From Algoriphagus sp. (GTDB lineage Bacteria; Bacteroidota; Bacteroidia; Cytophagales; Cyclobacteriaceae): a stretch of DNA of 64,000 nucleotides. Positions 50,563 to 59,989 of the stretch are shown here, one piece after another. Numbering within the stretch: position 1 is the stretch's first letter; the number at the start of each line of letters is the position of its first letter. The translations under genes were made by a program, and so were the position numbers. The notes beneath the pieces are model-generated. The model saw only the letters and a program-made list of their open reading frames with translations. It was not told the DNA's origin and made no database searches. The stretch is taken from the NCBI GenBank assembly GCA_029945945.1, contig JAQSDM010000001.1:25705-89704 (forward strand). Direction: 5' to 3'.

Positions 50563-51465
50563 TTAAAAATACATTTCCTGAGCCAATCTGAACACTTGAG
50601 TATGTGCTTCCACAATATGGCTTACCCGCTTTGAATACCCTCCCCCCATGCAACACATGATTGGAATTTTGAGGCTTTTTGCAACATTCAACACGGTTTT
50701 ATCTCTTTCCCTGACCCCTCCAATCGTCATACTAAGCCTTCCTAGTTGGTCAGATTCAAGTACATCTACACCGCATTGGTACAAGATGAAATCCGGCTGG
50801 AATTGAACTAAGATTTGATCCAAACAAGCTTTGAGTTTTGCTAGGTATACCTCATCGCCAGTTTTATCGGGTAAGGCACAATCCAGGTGTGATTGCTCTT
50901 TTCGATGCGGATAATTCTTATCGCCATGCATACTAAAAGTGAATACATTTTGACGCTTTCCCAAAATAGCCGCAGTCCCATTCCCCTGATGTACATCCAA
51001 ATCGATTACCAGGACTTTTTGAGCCAATTGATTTTCCAATAAATAATTGGCCGTAATGGCAAGATCATTCAGCAGGCAAAACCCTTCTCCCCGATCGGCA
51101 AATGCATGATGCGTCCCTCCGGCAATATTCATGGCAATGCCAAATTCTTTTGCAAAAAGTGCAGCTTCCACCGAACCGCTCAAAATATTGATTTCTCTTT
51201 CTATTAAAACATGACTGAGCGGAAAGCCCGTAGCCCGAATTTCTGATTTACTCAGCTGAAGTGTTTTAAGTTTTTCAAGGTATTCCTTGGAATGGGTATT
51301 GAGAATCCATCGTTCATCGATCATTCCCGGAACGAAAAAATTTTCATCATTGACAGTTCCTTCGTAAAGAAGTTGCTCTGGAAGAAGTTCATATTTTTCC
51401 ATCGGAAATCTATGCCCTGAAGGTAAAGGATGAGAATAAAGGGATGAAAAGGCAATTTTGAGCAT
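50563..51465 (-). CDS. Histone deacetylase family protein (class IV/HDAC11-like)
   Basis: HRFPMEKY, GGTHHA, GEGFC, DLDVHQGNGT, GVD....D.LG, GGGY. Confidence 0.95.
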   Translation of the reverse strand: MLKIAFSSLYSHPLPSGHRFPMEKYELLPEQLLYEGTVNDENFFVPGMIDERWILNTHSKEYLEKLKTLQLSKSEIRATGFPLSHVLIEREINILSGSVEAALFAKEFGIAMNIAGGTHHAFADRGEGFCLLNDLAITANYLLENQLAQKVLVIDLDVHQGNGTAAILGKRQNVFTFSMHGDKNYPHRKEQSHLDCALPDKTGDEVYLAKLKACLDQILVQFQPDFILYQCGVDVLESDQLGRLSMTIGGVRERDKTVLNVAKSLKIPIMCCMGGGYSKRVSHIVEAHTQVFRLAQEMYF

Positions 51466-51493
51466 AAAAAAACGCTTGTCTTTTAACAAGCGT
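51466..51493 (-). terminator. Intrinsic terminator whose U-tract abuts the HDAC ATG
   Basis: Minus strand: ACGCTTGT-taaaag-ACAAGCGT-TTTTTT-ATG. Confidence 0.6.
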
Positions 51494-51521
51494 CAAACCG
51501 TATTGTTAGAAAATCTCCTGA

Positions 51522-52091
51522 TTAATCGTCCTCTTCCACGTCTTCCTCTTCGGATTGAAAGGCAAACATTGTGTCATCCAGAACCAAAGTATCATCATTG
51601 AATTCCTTGATAAACTTCGCAACTACTTTCTCATCAATTGAATCAATATTCAAGGCAGCATCCAAACCAATCCCGTAGTCGTGATTGGTATCAAGGTCTA
51701 CAAACTCCTGAACTTTCACAGATTCATCTTCTTCGATATCCATTATGATCTCCGTAATGAACCAGCCGATCTCTTCCTCCTCACTTGTCAAAGGCTTCAT
51801 GTTTCCTTCCTCATCTTCTTCGTAAGTGATTCCTTTGAAGTTTGGGAATTTTTTGGCAGCCTCATGCTCTGCAAGCTCATAAACTTCACTTGAATGGTGA
51901 AGTCTTAACGTATAAAGAGCGGCATCATAAATTACCTCTCTGCCTTCAAACATTCCTATGAAATAAAAATTGACATATTCATCTGAATTCTCCTCATCAG
52001 GAATGATTTTAAAAGGTTTTCCCAGTTTCTTCAGTTCCCTTTTTAGTTCTTCGATATTTTTGGGATCAAAACCTGGATTTGGGATTGACAT
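51522..52091 (-). CDS. Acidic hypothetical protein (189 aa)
   Basis: Clean ATG ORF, very D/E-rich; no family recognised. Confidence 0.85.
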   Translation of the reverse strand: MSIPNPGFDPKNIEELKRELKKLGKPFKIIPDEENSDEYVNFYFIGMFEGREVIYDAALYTLRLHHSSEVYELAEHEAAKKFPNFKGITYEEDEEGNMKPLTSEEEEIGWFITEIIMDIEEDESVKVQEFVDLDTNHDYGIGLDAALNIDSIDEKVVAKFIKEFNDDTLVLDDTMFAFQSEEEDVEEDD

Positions 52092-52187
52092 GACTCAAAA
52101 GTTTTAGTGATGGATGAAAGTAATAGAAATGATGTTCAATGATACTAAATGAAATATTAATATAGTACCAAAATCTGAACGAATAAA

Positions 52188-52622
52188 ATGAATTTAACAA
52201 AGTTTGATGAAGATTACGTAAAATTTTTGATCAGCTCAAAAGAAAGTAAAACGCTGGATTTCAAGCAGAAAGTAACTTCGAAAGAGAAAATTGCAAGGAC
52301 AATGGCTGCCATGGCAAATACTGAAGGAGGTATAATTGTGATTGGTCTTTCTGATCAAAAAAAAATTACCGGAATAGATCCAGAGGAAGAAAAATTCATG
52401 GTTGAGTCTGCCAACGAGATTTACTGCACTCCCAGAGTATCTCTTTCGTGTGAATCCTTCGTCATTCATGATTCTGATCAGGAGAAGAAAAACAAGGATG
52501 AAAAATTTCTGCTCTTGGTAGAAATAAAAAAGAGTGCAGGCCCCAAAATCTATACGTCAGATAACATGGGAAACCGAAAACTCTATATAAGAGTTGATGA
52601 CCAAACACGGTTAATTCCCTAA
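52188..52622 (+). CDS. Stand-alone Schlafen/AlbA_2 domain protein
   Basis: ESKTLDFK, AMANTEGGIIVIGLSD, ITGI, LYIRV. Confidence 0.88.
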   Translation: MNLTKFDEDYVKFLISSKESKTLDFKQKVTSKEKIARTMAAMANTEGGIIVIGLSDQKKITGIDPEEEKFMVESANEIYCTPRVSLSCESFVIHDSDQEKKNKDEKFLLLVEIKKSAGPKIYTSDNMGNRKLYIRVDDQTRLIP

Positions 52623-52967
52623 ATCCAACCGATTGCCGAAAAGTGAATTGATAATACTGAGGACAATCGCAAATAATATTGCCCACCAGAATCCGTCCAC
52701 GCTAAAACCATCAATAAAACGGTCAGCCAAAAGGATCATAAGTGCGTTAATTACCAGCAAAAATAGCCCAAAGGTGATCAGAGTAAGCGGGAGTGTTAAT
52801 AAAACCAAGATTGGTTTGAGGGTAAGATTGATCAAAATGATTGCAGCTGCCAGAATAAATCCAGTCATCCAACCATCTATATGAACACCTGGCAATAAAA
52901 ACTCCGCTATCAAAACTGAAATCCCACCCAGGAGAATTTTGACTAAAAAACTTTGTGCTTTATCCAT
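52611..52967 (-). CDS. 4-TM phage holin family / YvlD-like membrane protein
   Basis: LKPILVLLTLPLTLITFGLFLLVINA, GFSVDGFWWAI. Confidence 0.92.
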   Translation of the reverse strand: MDKAQSFLVKILLGGISVLIAEFLLPGVHIDGWMTGFILAAAIILINLTLKPILVLLTLPLTLITFGLFLLVINALMILLADRFIDGFSVDGFWWAILFAIVLSIINSLFGNRLDLGN

Positions 52968-53118
52968 TGTTTCAATGTGGTGCTTGATTTAAAGTAAAAC
53001 AATTTTCAATTTAAATCTGATAAAAATCAGTTACTATTTCCCTTTCTGCGTTCGTAAAATCAGGCGTTTGTTAAGAGTTCACCTTATATTTGCATCATCA
53101 CCTTTAATCAATTAACAA

Positions 53119-53868
53119 GTGATTATTATTGTCCTGTTTCTTTTGCACTGGTATTTCTCCCTGTTTTGCCAGAGTTTCTTCCTTCACCGGTATTCAGCCC
53201 ATCAAATGTTCTCCATGACAAAGTTTTGGGAACGTTTCTTTTATGTTTTTACCTGGTTGTGGCAAGGAAGTTCCTATTTATCACCAAGAGCATATGCGAT
53301 TCTTCACAGAATGCACCATGCTTACAGTGATACTCCTTTAGACCCCCATAGTCCTCACCACACCGAGAATCTATTTACGATGATGTGGAAAACTAAAAAT
53401 ATCTACAATGATTATTTCTCTTTCAAACTGAAGCCTGAAGATCGGTTTTCAAAGGACATTCCAGATTGGAACAAGTTTGACAGATTTGCAGATACCATGT
53501 TTGTTCGAGTGAGTTGGGGCATCGTGTACATTCTGATTTATGTCTTGAGTATTTCTGTTTTTGAATTGGCAGGTACGCATTGGTGGATGTATTTTTTATT
53601 GCCAATTCATTTTATGATGGGTCCTGTTCATGGAGCGATCGTCAATTGGAGCGGTCACAAGTATGGTTATTCCAACTTTGACAACAATGATCACTCCAAA
53701 AACAGCCTCTTATTAGATGTATTGATGCTTGGTGAACTATTCCAAAACAATCACCATAAGCTTCCAAACAGACCTAATTTCGCTGTAAAATGGTACGAAT
53801 TTGATCCAACCTACCCTATAGTAAAACTCCTACATGCTACCGGAATAATCAAAATGAGAACAACATAA
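53119..53868 (+). CDS. Delta-9-like acyl-CoA/fatty acid desaturase
   Basis: HRYSAH, HRMHH, DPHSP, NWSGH, GELFQNNHH; GTG start after TATATTTG (53085-53092). Confidence 0.93.
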   Translation: MIIIVLFLLHWYFSLFCQSFFLHRYSAHQMFSMTKFWERFFYVFTWLWQGSSYLSPRAYAILHRMHHAYSDTPLDPHSPHHTENLFTMMWKTKNIYNDYFSFKLKPEDRFSKDIPDWNKFDRFADTMFVRVSWGIVYILIYVLSISVFELAGTHWWMYFLLPIHFMMGPVHGAIVNWSGHKYGYSNFDNNDHSKNSLLLDVLMLGELFQNNHHKLPNRPNFAVKWYEFDPTYPIVKLLHATGIIKMRTT

Positions 53869-53882
53869 ATAGTACAAAACAC

Positions 53883-53909
53883 AAAGCCTCCCATCGGAGG
53901 CTTTTTTTT
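53883..53909 (+). terminator. Intrinsic terminator
   Basis: AAAGCCTCC-catc-GGAGGCTTT plus T-run. Confidence 0.8.
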
Positions 53910-54035
53910 AAAATATTATCAATCAGCATCTTAAGAATTTTTAAACTAAATTATAATACTATTCTTGGAATTTTTTTTGCATAAAAGAAACTAAATGAAT
54001 AATTTAATGTCGATTTAAAACTTAACACCTTATTT

Positions 54036-54365
54036 ATGAAACCATTAACCAGAGCAGAAGAAGAGATCATGCAGATCCTTTGGGATATCGAGCGAGGATT
54101 CGTGAAAGATATCTTGTTGCCAATGACTGAGCCAAAACCGGCTTACAATACAGTATCAACAATTGTAAGAATTCTTGAAAGAAAAGGTTTTGTGAGCCAC
54201 AAGTCTTATGGCAAAAGCCATGAGTATTTCCCGATCGTTTCTAAAGACGAATACAGAACATTTATCATAAAGAGAATGCTCGAAGGTTATTTCGAAAGTT
54301 CTTTTGGTAAACTTTCCTCATTCTTCAAAAACGATGAAACACTCAACACTAAAACTTACCAATAA
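54036..54365 (+). CDS. BlaI/MecI/CopY family repressor
   Basis: LTRAEEEIMQILW, PAYNTVSTIVRILERKGFV winged HTH. Confidence 0.92.
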   Translation: MKPLTRAEEEIMQILWDIERGFVKDILLPMTEPKPAYNTVSTIVRILERKGFVSHKSYGKSHEYFPIVSKDEYRTFIIKRMLEGYFESSFGKLSSFFKNDETLNTKTYQ

Positions 54366-54385
54366 TTCTTGGAAGTTTCTTAAGC

Positions 54386-54417
54386 AAAAAAACCTGGCAT
54401 TATCTGCCAGGTTTTTT
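54386..54417. terminator. Bidirectional terminator
   Basis: AAAAAACCTGGCA-ttatc-TGCCAGGTTTTTT. Confidence 0.85.
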
Positions 54418-54440
54418 CGTTTTACTTCAATCTAAAGTTC

Positions 54441-57400
54441 TTATTTCACATCTTTCAAAAGCTCCTCTACTGCTTTCTCAAGCTGCTTGTCAATTCCTTT
54501 ATCAATTTGACCCGGCATGTTCTTAACCTGAAACTGAGGTTTTGTTTCATTGTTTTCCATCCATTCACCAGCCATATTCTTAGCAGAGATCGGCACCGCA
54601 CCCCATCTAGATCCATCAGGCAACCCTTCCCAACCTGCAAAAGAACAAGTTCCCGGAGTTGGCATACCGACAGTCTTTCCGATTTTCAGATCGGTGTAGC
54701 CACAAGCAAAACAATGTCCGTCAGAATAATTCGCTTCATTGAACATTGCCAACGTTGGTTTTGTCCAGCGTGCGGTTGGCTCATAGCCCACTTCTCTGGC
54801 TTCAGTGGCATAAGTCAAAAACTGCTCACCTGTAAAGAACATGGCCAGATCAGCTACCAGGTCACCTCCTCCATTGAAACGAGTATCTACAATCACACCT
54901 TTAGTGTCATGGTATTTTCCCATCATTTCCTCATAGACATTTCTGTACGGCCCGTCGCTCATACCCGGGATGTGAACGTATCCCAATTTTCCCCCACTCA
55001 AGCTGTCAACTTCCTGCTGATTTTTCTTTACCCATCGCTTGTAGAGCAATTGATTTTCCTGGGCAATCGTGATTGGTTTGATTGTAATCTGCTTTCTGGT
55101 GGACGTCTTTGGGTCAAAAACTTCCAGTAACGTAAATTTATCCGCTTTCCGGTTAAGGAATTTTGAGAAATCATGGTCGGCTGTGATCAGTTCGCCATCA
55201 ATGTATTCGATGATCATTCCTGCTTTGATACCCAGATCTGCTTTGTCCAAAGGACCTCCAGCGATAATCTCAGTCACTTTAATCCCGTTTCCTGAGTTCT
55301 TGTAATCATAAAATATCCCCAAAGATGCAGTCGCATCAGCCATAGGAACGGTTCTGGAATAGCGGGCTCCTGCATGGGAGACATTCAATTCACCAATCAT
55401 CTCAGAAAGCATTTCTGCAAACTCATAACTATTTCCAATATGCGGCAAGTATTTCTGGTAGCCGACTTTTGAAGCATTCCAATCAACTCCATGCATCGTT
55501 GGAGTATAGAATATTCCCTTGGTGCGAAGCCAAACATGCTCAAACATATAGACCATCTCAGCCTCTTTATCAAAAGTCATTTCACCTGCAATCTTGATCG
55601 CTTCCTTCTTCATTGTTTCAGGATTGATCTTCGATATATTTCCATCACTCACCAGAAACAGATTCTTTTGCTCCTTATCCCACATCAACCTTCCGGAATT
55701 TGCTGCAAGGCTGATTTCCTGTTTGGTTTCTTTTGTCCGGAGGTTTGTACTCCAAAGATTTAATCCCTTCTCAAAGCTGGTGAGGTAGTAAAGCTTCTCC
55801 CCATCTTTGGACAACACGGCATCACCCAAACCGGAAGAATGGATAGTTAGTCTGGATTTGCGGTCCTCAATCCCATCCCAATCAAAAACGATCGGATTAA
55901 CTTCTTTTTCCTCAGGCTTCTTGTCGGAAGTTTTATCATCCTTCTTTTCTTCGTTCTTTTTCTGAGTTTTTTCGATTTCGGTCAACAAGTCAAAGTCTTC
56001 TTTGGATAGTCTGAACTTATCCCAAGCTGCTTTGTCAAAGAATAAAGTATAGACGTCTTCCTGGCTTTGACCACTTGTAGCATAGCTTCGAAGTCCATCC
56101 CTGTTGGAAAACCAAAGGATTTGCTTGCCTTCATTGACCCAGGTAGCCCGATCGTCACCATAACCACTGTTAGTGATTTTTCGCATTTTTTCTTTCCCTG
56201 TGGCATCCAGCAACACGACTTCTGAATTGGCCATCGTAGGCCTGTAGGATGCCAGCAACCACTTACTGTCAGGACTCCAGGTGAAATATTGGTCTCCGTC
56301 ACTCATGTGAAATAACTGCTCCGGGGTCAGCAAAGTGACAGTTGTCTTTGAAGCCAGATCCAAAATCTTCAGTGTTCGGCGACCTTCGATGTAGGCTAGC
56401 TTCTTTCCGTCCGGAGAAAACTTTGATAAATACGCATCCTCTGTGACGCTGACCAGTGGCTTCTCTTGCAAAAGTGTGGAAGCAAAGAAGAATGGTTCCT
56501 CGGCCCTGGTTTTTGTGGTTTGGAAAATTTGCCACTTGCCGTTTCGCTCGCTGGAATACACAACTGATTTTCCGTCTGGCGCAAATTCCACAAATCGCTC
56601 CTGCTCAGGAGTATTAGTGATCCTCTTTGTAAGAGATCCATCGACGGACGTCACAAATACCTCACCTCTCGCGATGAAGGCTATTTCTTTTCCATCCGGT
56701 GAAATAGACATTTCTCTCACACCCCCATTAATAGCGATGTAATTATCCGGATTGCTGATGGATTGAGTTTGAAGTGAAACCGCAAGTTTCTTAGGCTGCT
56801 CGCCTTTTCTCATGGTGTAAATTTCGCCGTCAAAACCAAAGCTCAAAAGTCCATCCGTCGAACTGCTTAAGAATCGAACAGGAAAATCTTTGAAACTAGT
56901 TAATGCCTCGGGCTGAGCAGGATTTGCAAGATTCATTGCAAACACATTGAAACTTCCATTTGCCTCGCTTAGGTAATAGATTTCTTTTTCATCTGGAGAA
57001 AAGACAGGATTTCTATCCTCACCATAGAAACTTGTGAGCATTTTATGAGAATTGGAAGCCCCATCATAGATCCAGATATCTCTTGTGATACCCGATTGGT
57101 GGCGTTTTCTCCATTCATTTTCACCCCCCTTTTTATCGTGGTAAATCATCTTTGCTCCTGATTTGCTGGACTGGACGTATTCTGCAGGTAGTGTCCATAT
57201 CTGGTCCACGCGTCCTCCTTTCTTTGGCACAGCATATAACTCTGGCTGAGAAGCGGTTGGATATTGCCTATGCTCAGCAAGGTCCATTCTCCCAGTTCCG
57301 AAGATCACTTTTTGGTCATCGAAAGTAAAATCATAAGGAACCTCATCATTGGAATGATACGTCAACCGACTGGCAGGACCGCCGGCAGCATCCATTAGAA

Positions 57401-57680
57401 AGATGTCAAAATTGCCATATCGGTCGGAAGCAAAAGCTATTTGCTTTCCATCCCTGCTCCATACTGCTTTGTAATCATGGGCTTCGTGAAAGGTGATTTG
57501 TCTGGCGTCCCCGCCCTGACTTGGCACCAGGAATAAATCACCTTTGTAGGTAAAGACGATCTGGCTTCCATCTGGTGAAATCGCAGGATAACGCATCCAT
57601 TGTGGAGCACTTTGGCCAAAGGCCGCACTTGCAAAAAAGCAGCTCAGCATTATTGCTGTCAACCTAAAATTAAAATTCAT
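54441..57680 (-). CDS. Tricorn-like S41 family protease
   Basis: Signal peptide from MNFNF; PD40 propellers (ISPDG, WSRDG), ELNVSH, PDZ-like region, DTRFNGGG, catalytic NYSDG. Confidence 0.95.
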   Translation of the reverse strand: MNFNFRLTAIMLSCFFASAAFGQSAPQWMRYPAISPDGSQIVFTYKGDLFLVPSQGGDARQITFHEAHDYKAVWSRDGKQIAFASDRYGNFDIFLMDAAGGPASRLTYHSNDEVPYDFTFDDQKVIFGTGRMDLAEHRQYPTASQPELYAVPKKGGRVDQIWTLPAEYVQSSKSGAKMIYHDKKGGENEWRKRHQSGITRDIWIYDGASNSHKMLTSFYGEDRNPVFSPDEKEIYYLSEANGSFNVFAMNLANPAQPEALTSFKDFPVRFLSSSTDGLLSFGFDGEIYTMRKGEQPKKLAVSLQTQSISNPDNYIAINGGVREMSISPDGKEIAFIARGEVFVTSVDGSLTKRITNTPEQERFVEFAPDGKSVVYSSERNGKWQIFQTTKTRAEEPFFFASTLLQEKPLVSVTEDAYLSKFSPDGKKLAYIEGRRTLKILDLASKTTVTLLTPEQLFHMSDGDQYFTWSPDSKWLLASYRPTMANSEVVLLDATGKEKMRKITNSGYGDDRATWVNEGKQILWFSNRDGLRSYATSGQSQEDVYTLFFDKAAWDKFRLSKEDFDLLTEIEKTQKKNEEKKDDKTSDKKPEEKEVNPIVFDWDGIEDRKSRLTIHSSGLGDAVLSKDGEKLYYLTSFEKGLNLWSTNLRTKETKQEISLAANSGRLMWDKEQKNLFLVSDGNISKINPETMKKEAIKIAGEMTFDKEAEMVYMFEHVWLRTKGIFYTPTMHGVDWNASKVGYQKYLPHIGNSYEFAEMLSEMIGELNVSHAGARYSRTVPMADATASLGIFYDYKNSGNGIKVTEIIAGGPLDKADLGIKAGMIIEYIDGELITADHDFSKFLNRKADKFTLLEVFDPKTSTRKQITIKPITIAQENQLLYKRWVKKNQQEVDSLSGGKLGYVHIPGMSDGPYRNVYEEMMGKYHDTKGVIVDTRFNGGGDLVADLAMFFTGEQFLTYATEAREVGYEPTARWTKPTLAMFNEANYSDGHCFACGYTDLKIGKTVGMPTPGTCSFAGWEGLPDGSRWGAVPISAKNMAGEWMENNETKPQFQVKNMPGQIDKGIDKQLEKAVEELLKDVK

Positions 57681-57851
57681 TTGATTTGGATTTATGATTC
57701 GAAATAAAGAAAAAATTGAAACACAAATTTGTTGCAAATGCTGAACGGAAATCCTGCCTGACAGAAAGTTAAAATTAGGAGAATCGCTTTGCTGATTTCT
57801 TCATTACTTAAACTGATCAGCCTATATTTGCCCCTTTAAAAAATCAAAACC

Positions 57852-59144
57852 ATGAATTCATTTATTGAAGAATTACGCTGGAGAGGAATGCTCCAGGACA
57901 TGACCCCTGAAATCGAAGAACATTTGACAAAAGGAATGGCTTCGGCGTATCTGGGATTTGATCCTACAGCTGATTCTCTTCATATAGGTCACCTGGTAGG
58001 TGTAATGACACTTTTACACTTTCAAAGAGCGGGACATAAGCCATTTGCTTTAGTTGGCGGTGCCACCGGCATGATCGGTGATCCATCTTTCAAATCTGCT
58101 GAAAGAAACCTGCTGGATAAATCAACTTTAGACCATAACGTAGCTTGCATTCAAGCCCAACTTTCTAAATTTTTAGATTTCAGCGGAGATACTCCAAACA
58201 AAGCCAGAATGGTAAACAACTATGACTGGATGTCTCAATTCAGCTTTTTGGAGTTTATCCGGGACGTGGGAAAGCATATCACCGTCAACTACATGATGTC
58301 CAAAGACAGCGTGAAACGAAGACTCGAGGATGGTCACGGGCTTTCTTTTACAGAGTTCAGCTATCAATTAATTCAGGGATACGACTTTTTTCACCTTTGG
58401 AAAAATGAGAATTGCACCATTCAGCTTGGCGGTTCTGACCAATGGGGAAATATCGTTACCGGTACCGAACTGATCCGGAAAATGGGGGGAGGAAGTGCCT
58501 ATGCATTGACGGTGCCTCTGATCACGAAGGCTGACGGCACCAAGTTTGGGAAAACTGAAGGTGGGTCAGTTTGGCTCGATCCTGAGAAAACTTCTCCTTA
58601 TGCATTCTACCAATTCTGGTTAAATGTCTCCGATGAGGATGCCTCCAAATACATAAGGATTTTTACTACGCTCGATCAACAAACAATCGAAGACCTTGAA
58701 GAGGAACATATCAAAGCACCTCATTTGAGAGCTTTACAGAAGGAAATTGCCAAACAGGTCACTAAAATGGTCCATAGTGAAGCAGATTTAGAGATGGCCG
58801 AAAAAGCTTCTGAAATCCTCTTTGGCAAATCCTCAACAGAAGATCTGGCGTCGCTTGACGAGCGCACATTTTTGTCGGTTTTCGACGGAGTACCTCAGGT
58901 TCAGGTGGAGAGCGAGGAATACAAATCTTTGAATGATGTCCTTGATCTGTTTGGCGATATCACAGAGCAAGTGATCTTCCCTTCCAAAGGCGAAGCACGC
59001 AAAATGATTCAGGGAGGAGGAGTAAGTATAAACAAGGAAAAAGTGAGCAACCCTAATCAACTTCTTGAATTCTCTTTACTTCAGGATAAATACCTTTTGA
59101 TCCAAAAAGGAAAGAAAAATTACTACATCATTGAAGTGATTTAA
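57852..59144 (+). CDS. tyrS: Tyrosine--tRNA ligase
   Basis: [29 protein letters not shown]-terminal S4 domain; TATATTTG at 57823-57830. Confidence 0.99.
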   Translation: MNSFIEELRWRGMLQDMTPEIEEHLTKGMASAYLGFDPTADSLHIGHLVGVMTLLHFQRAGHKPFALVGGATGMIGDPSFKSAERNLLDKSTLDHNVACIQAQLSKFLDFSGDTPNKARMVNNYDWMSQFSFLEFIRDVGKHITVNYMMSKDSVKRRLEDGHGLSFTEFSYQLIQGYDFFHLWKNENCTIQLGGSDQWGNIVTGTELIRKMGGGSAYALTVPLITKADGTKFGKTEGGSVWLDPEKTSPYAFYQFWLNVSDEDASKYIRIFTTLDQQTIEDLEEEHIKAPHLRALQKEIAKQVTKMVHSEADLEMAEKASEILFGKSSTEDLASLDERTFLSVFDGVPQVQVESEEYKSLNDVLDLFGDITEQVIFPSKGEARKMIQGGGVSINKEKVSNPNQLLEFSLLQDKYLLIQKGKKNYYIIEVI

Positions 59145-59162
59145 GTAAGTGACTCCTAGCGT

Positions 59163-59197
59163 AAAAGGGCTTGATTGTTGAAATCAGGCCCTTTTTT
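59163..59197 (+). terminator. tyrS terminator
   Basis: AAAAGGGCTTGATT...AATCAGGCCCTTTT plus T-run. Confidence 0.8.
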
Positions 59198-59292
59198 ATG
59201 CTTCTTTTTTATGAGTGTAATAAAATTTATCTAATTTTTTTGACCCAAGTTTAATACCTTTGAGTTCATTTTTAGGAAATAACGAACTCATC

Positions 59293-59988
59293 ATGGCAGG
59301 AGAAAAAAATAAAGAAAAACTCATTTTAGATTCAGCGGTAGCACTTTTTACCAGTAATGGATTTCAGGCTACGAGGATGGAGGATGTAGCCAAAAAGGCA
59401 GGAATCAGCAAAGGCTTAACCTACTTTTACTACAAAAACAAAGAAGATCTTTTCATGGCTTTGACCAAGAAAGCTTTTGATCAGTTCAAAGATGAATTCC
59501 GTGAAGTCTATCGTTCCAAAGGAAAATCGGGCCTGGATATGATCAATGATTTGGTGATAAGAATTCCTCAGTATGCCCGAAAAAATCAGGTGTATTACGA
59601 TGCGATTCTGAACTTTCTGGATCTGATGAAAAAATACAACGATCCAAAACAACGAGTATTAATCAGTCCGCTGATTTTAGAAAGCGTTCATTTCCAAAAA
59701 CTCCTTGAAATCCATCATGAACCAGCCAAAATCGGAGTAATGATGGTCAGTCAGGGAATCAAAGACGGAAGCATCAGACCTGAACTTCAGCCTGAAATCA
59801 CGTTTTACACAATCTGGAGTATGATCATCGGCTTTGAAAAAATGAGCGGACCGATCGAGTACGAAGGAAAAGAAACCAAAATCAATCCTGAAAACTGGCA
59901 ACCCGGATTTTTGAAACTCCTACAGGATATGCTCAAAGGAACCATACAGGCAACAAGACCAAATACCGTTCAAACCAGTCTTTTCTAA
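59293..59988 (+). CDS. TetR/AcrR family regulator
   Basis: GFQATRMEDVAKKAGISKGLTYFYYKNKEDL; the TACCTTTG -7 box (59255-59262) overlaps the track's TTG start, so ATG 59293 is preferred. Confidence 0.93.
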   Translation: MAGEKNKEKLILDSAVALFTSNGFQATRMEDVAKKAGISKGLTYFYYKNKEDLFMALTKKAFDQFKDEFREVYRSKGKSGLDMINDLVIRIPQYARKNQVYYDAILNFLDLMKKYNDPKQRVLISPLILESVHFQKLLEIHHEPAKIGVMMVSQGIKDGSIRPELQPEITFYTIWSMIIGFEKMSGPIEYEGKETKINPENWQPGFLKLLQDMLKGTIQATRPNTVQTSLF

Positions 59989-59989
59989 G

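Noticed and set aside
50465..50656. N-terminal extension of OmpH overlapping HDAC (and the track's longer starts for AraC, murB, DHS, S41, TetR, POT)
   Set aside because: The extensions cross -7 promoter boxes or neighbouring genes, or precede the signal peptide or family N-terminus; downstream starts fit better.
52611..52967. Holin as evidence of a prophage
   Set aside because: The YvlD-like 4-TM family is commonly chromosomal, and there is no endolysin, structural, integrase or replication gene nearby.
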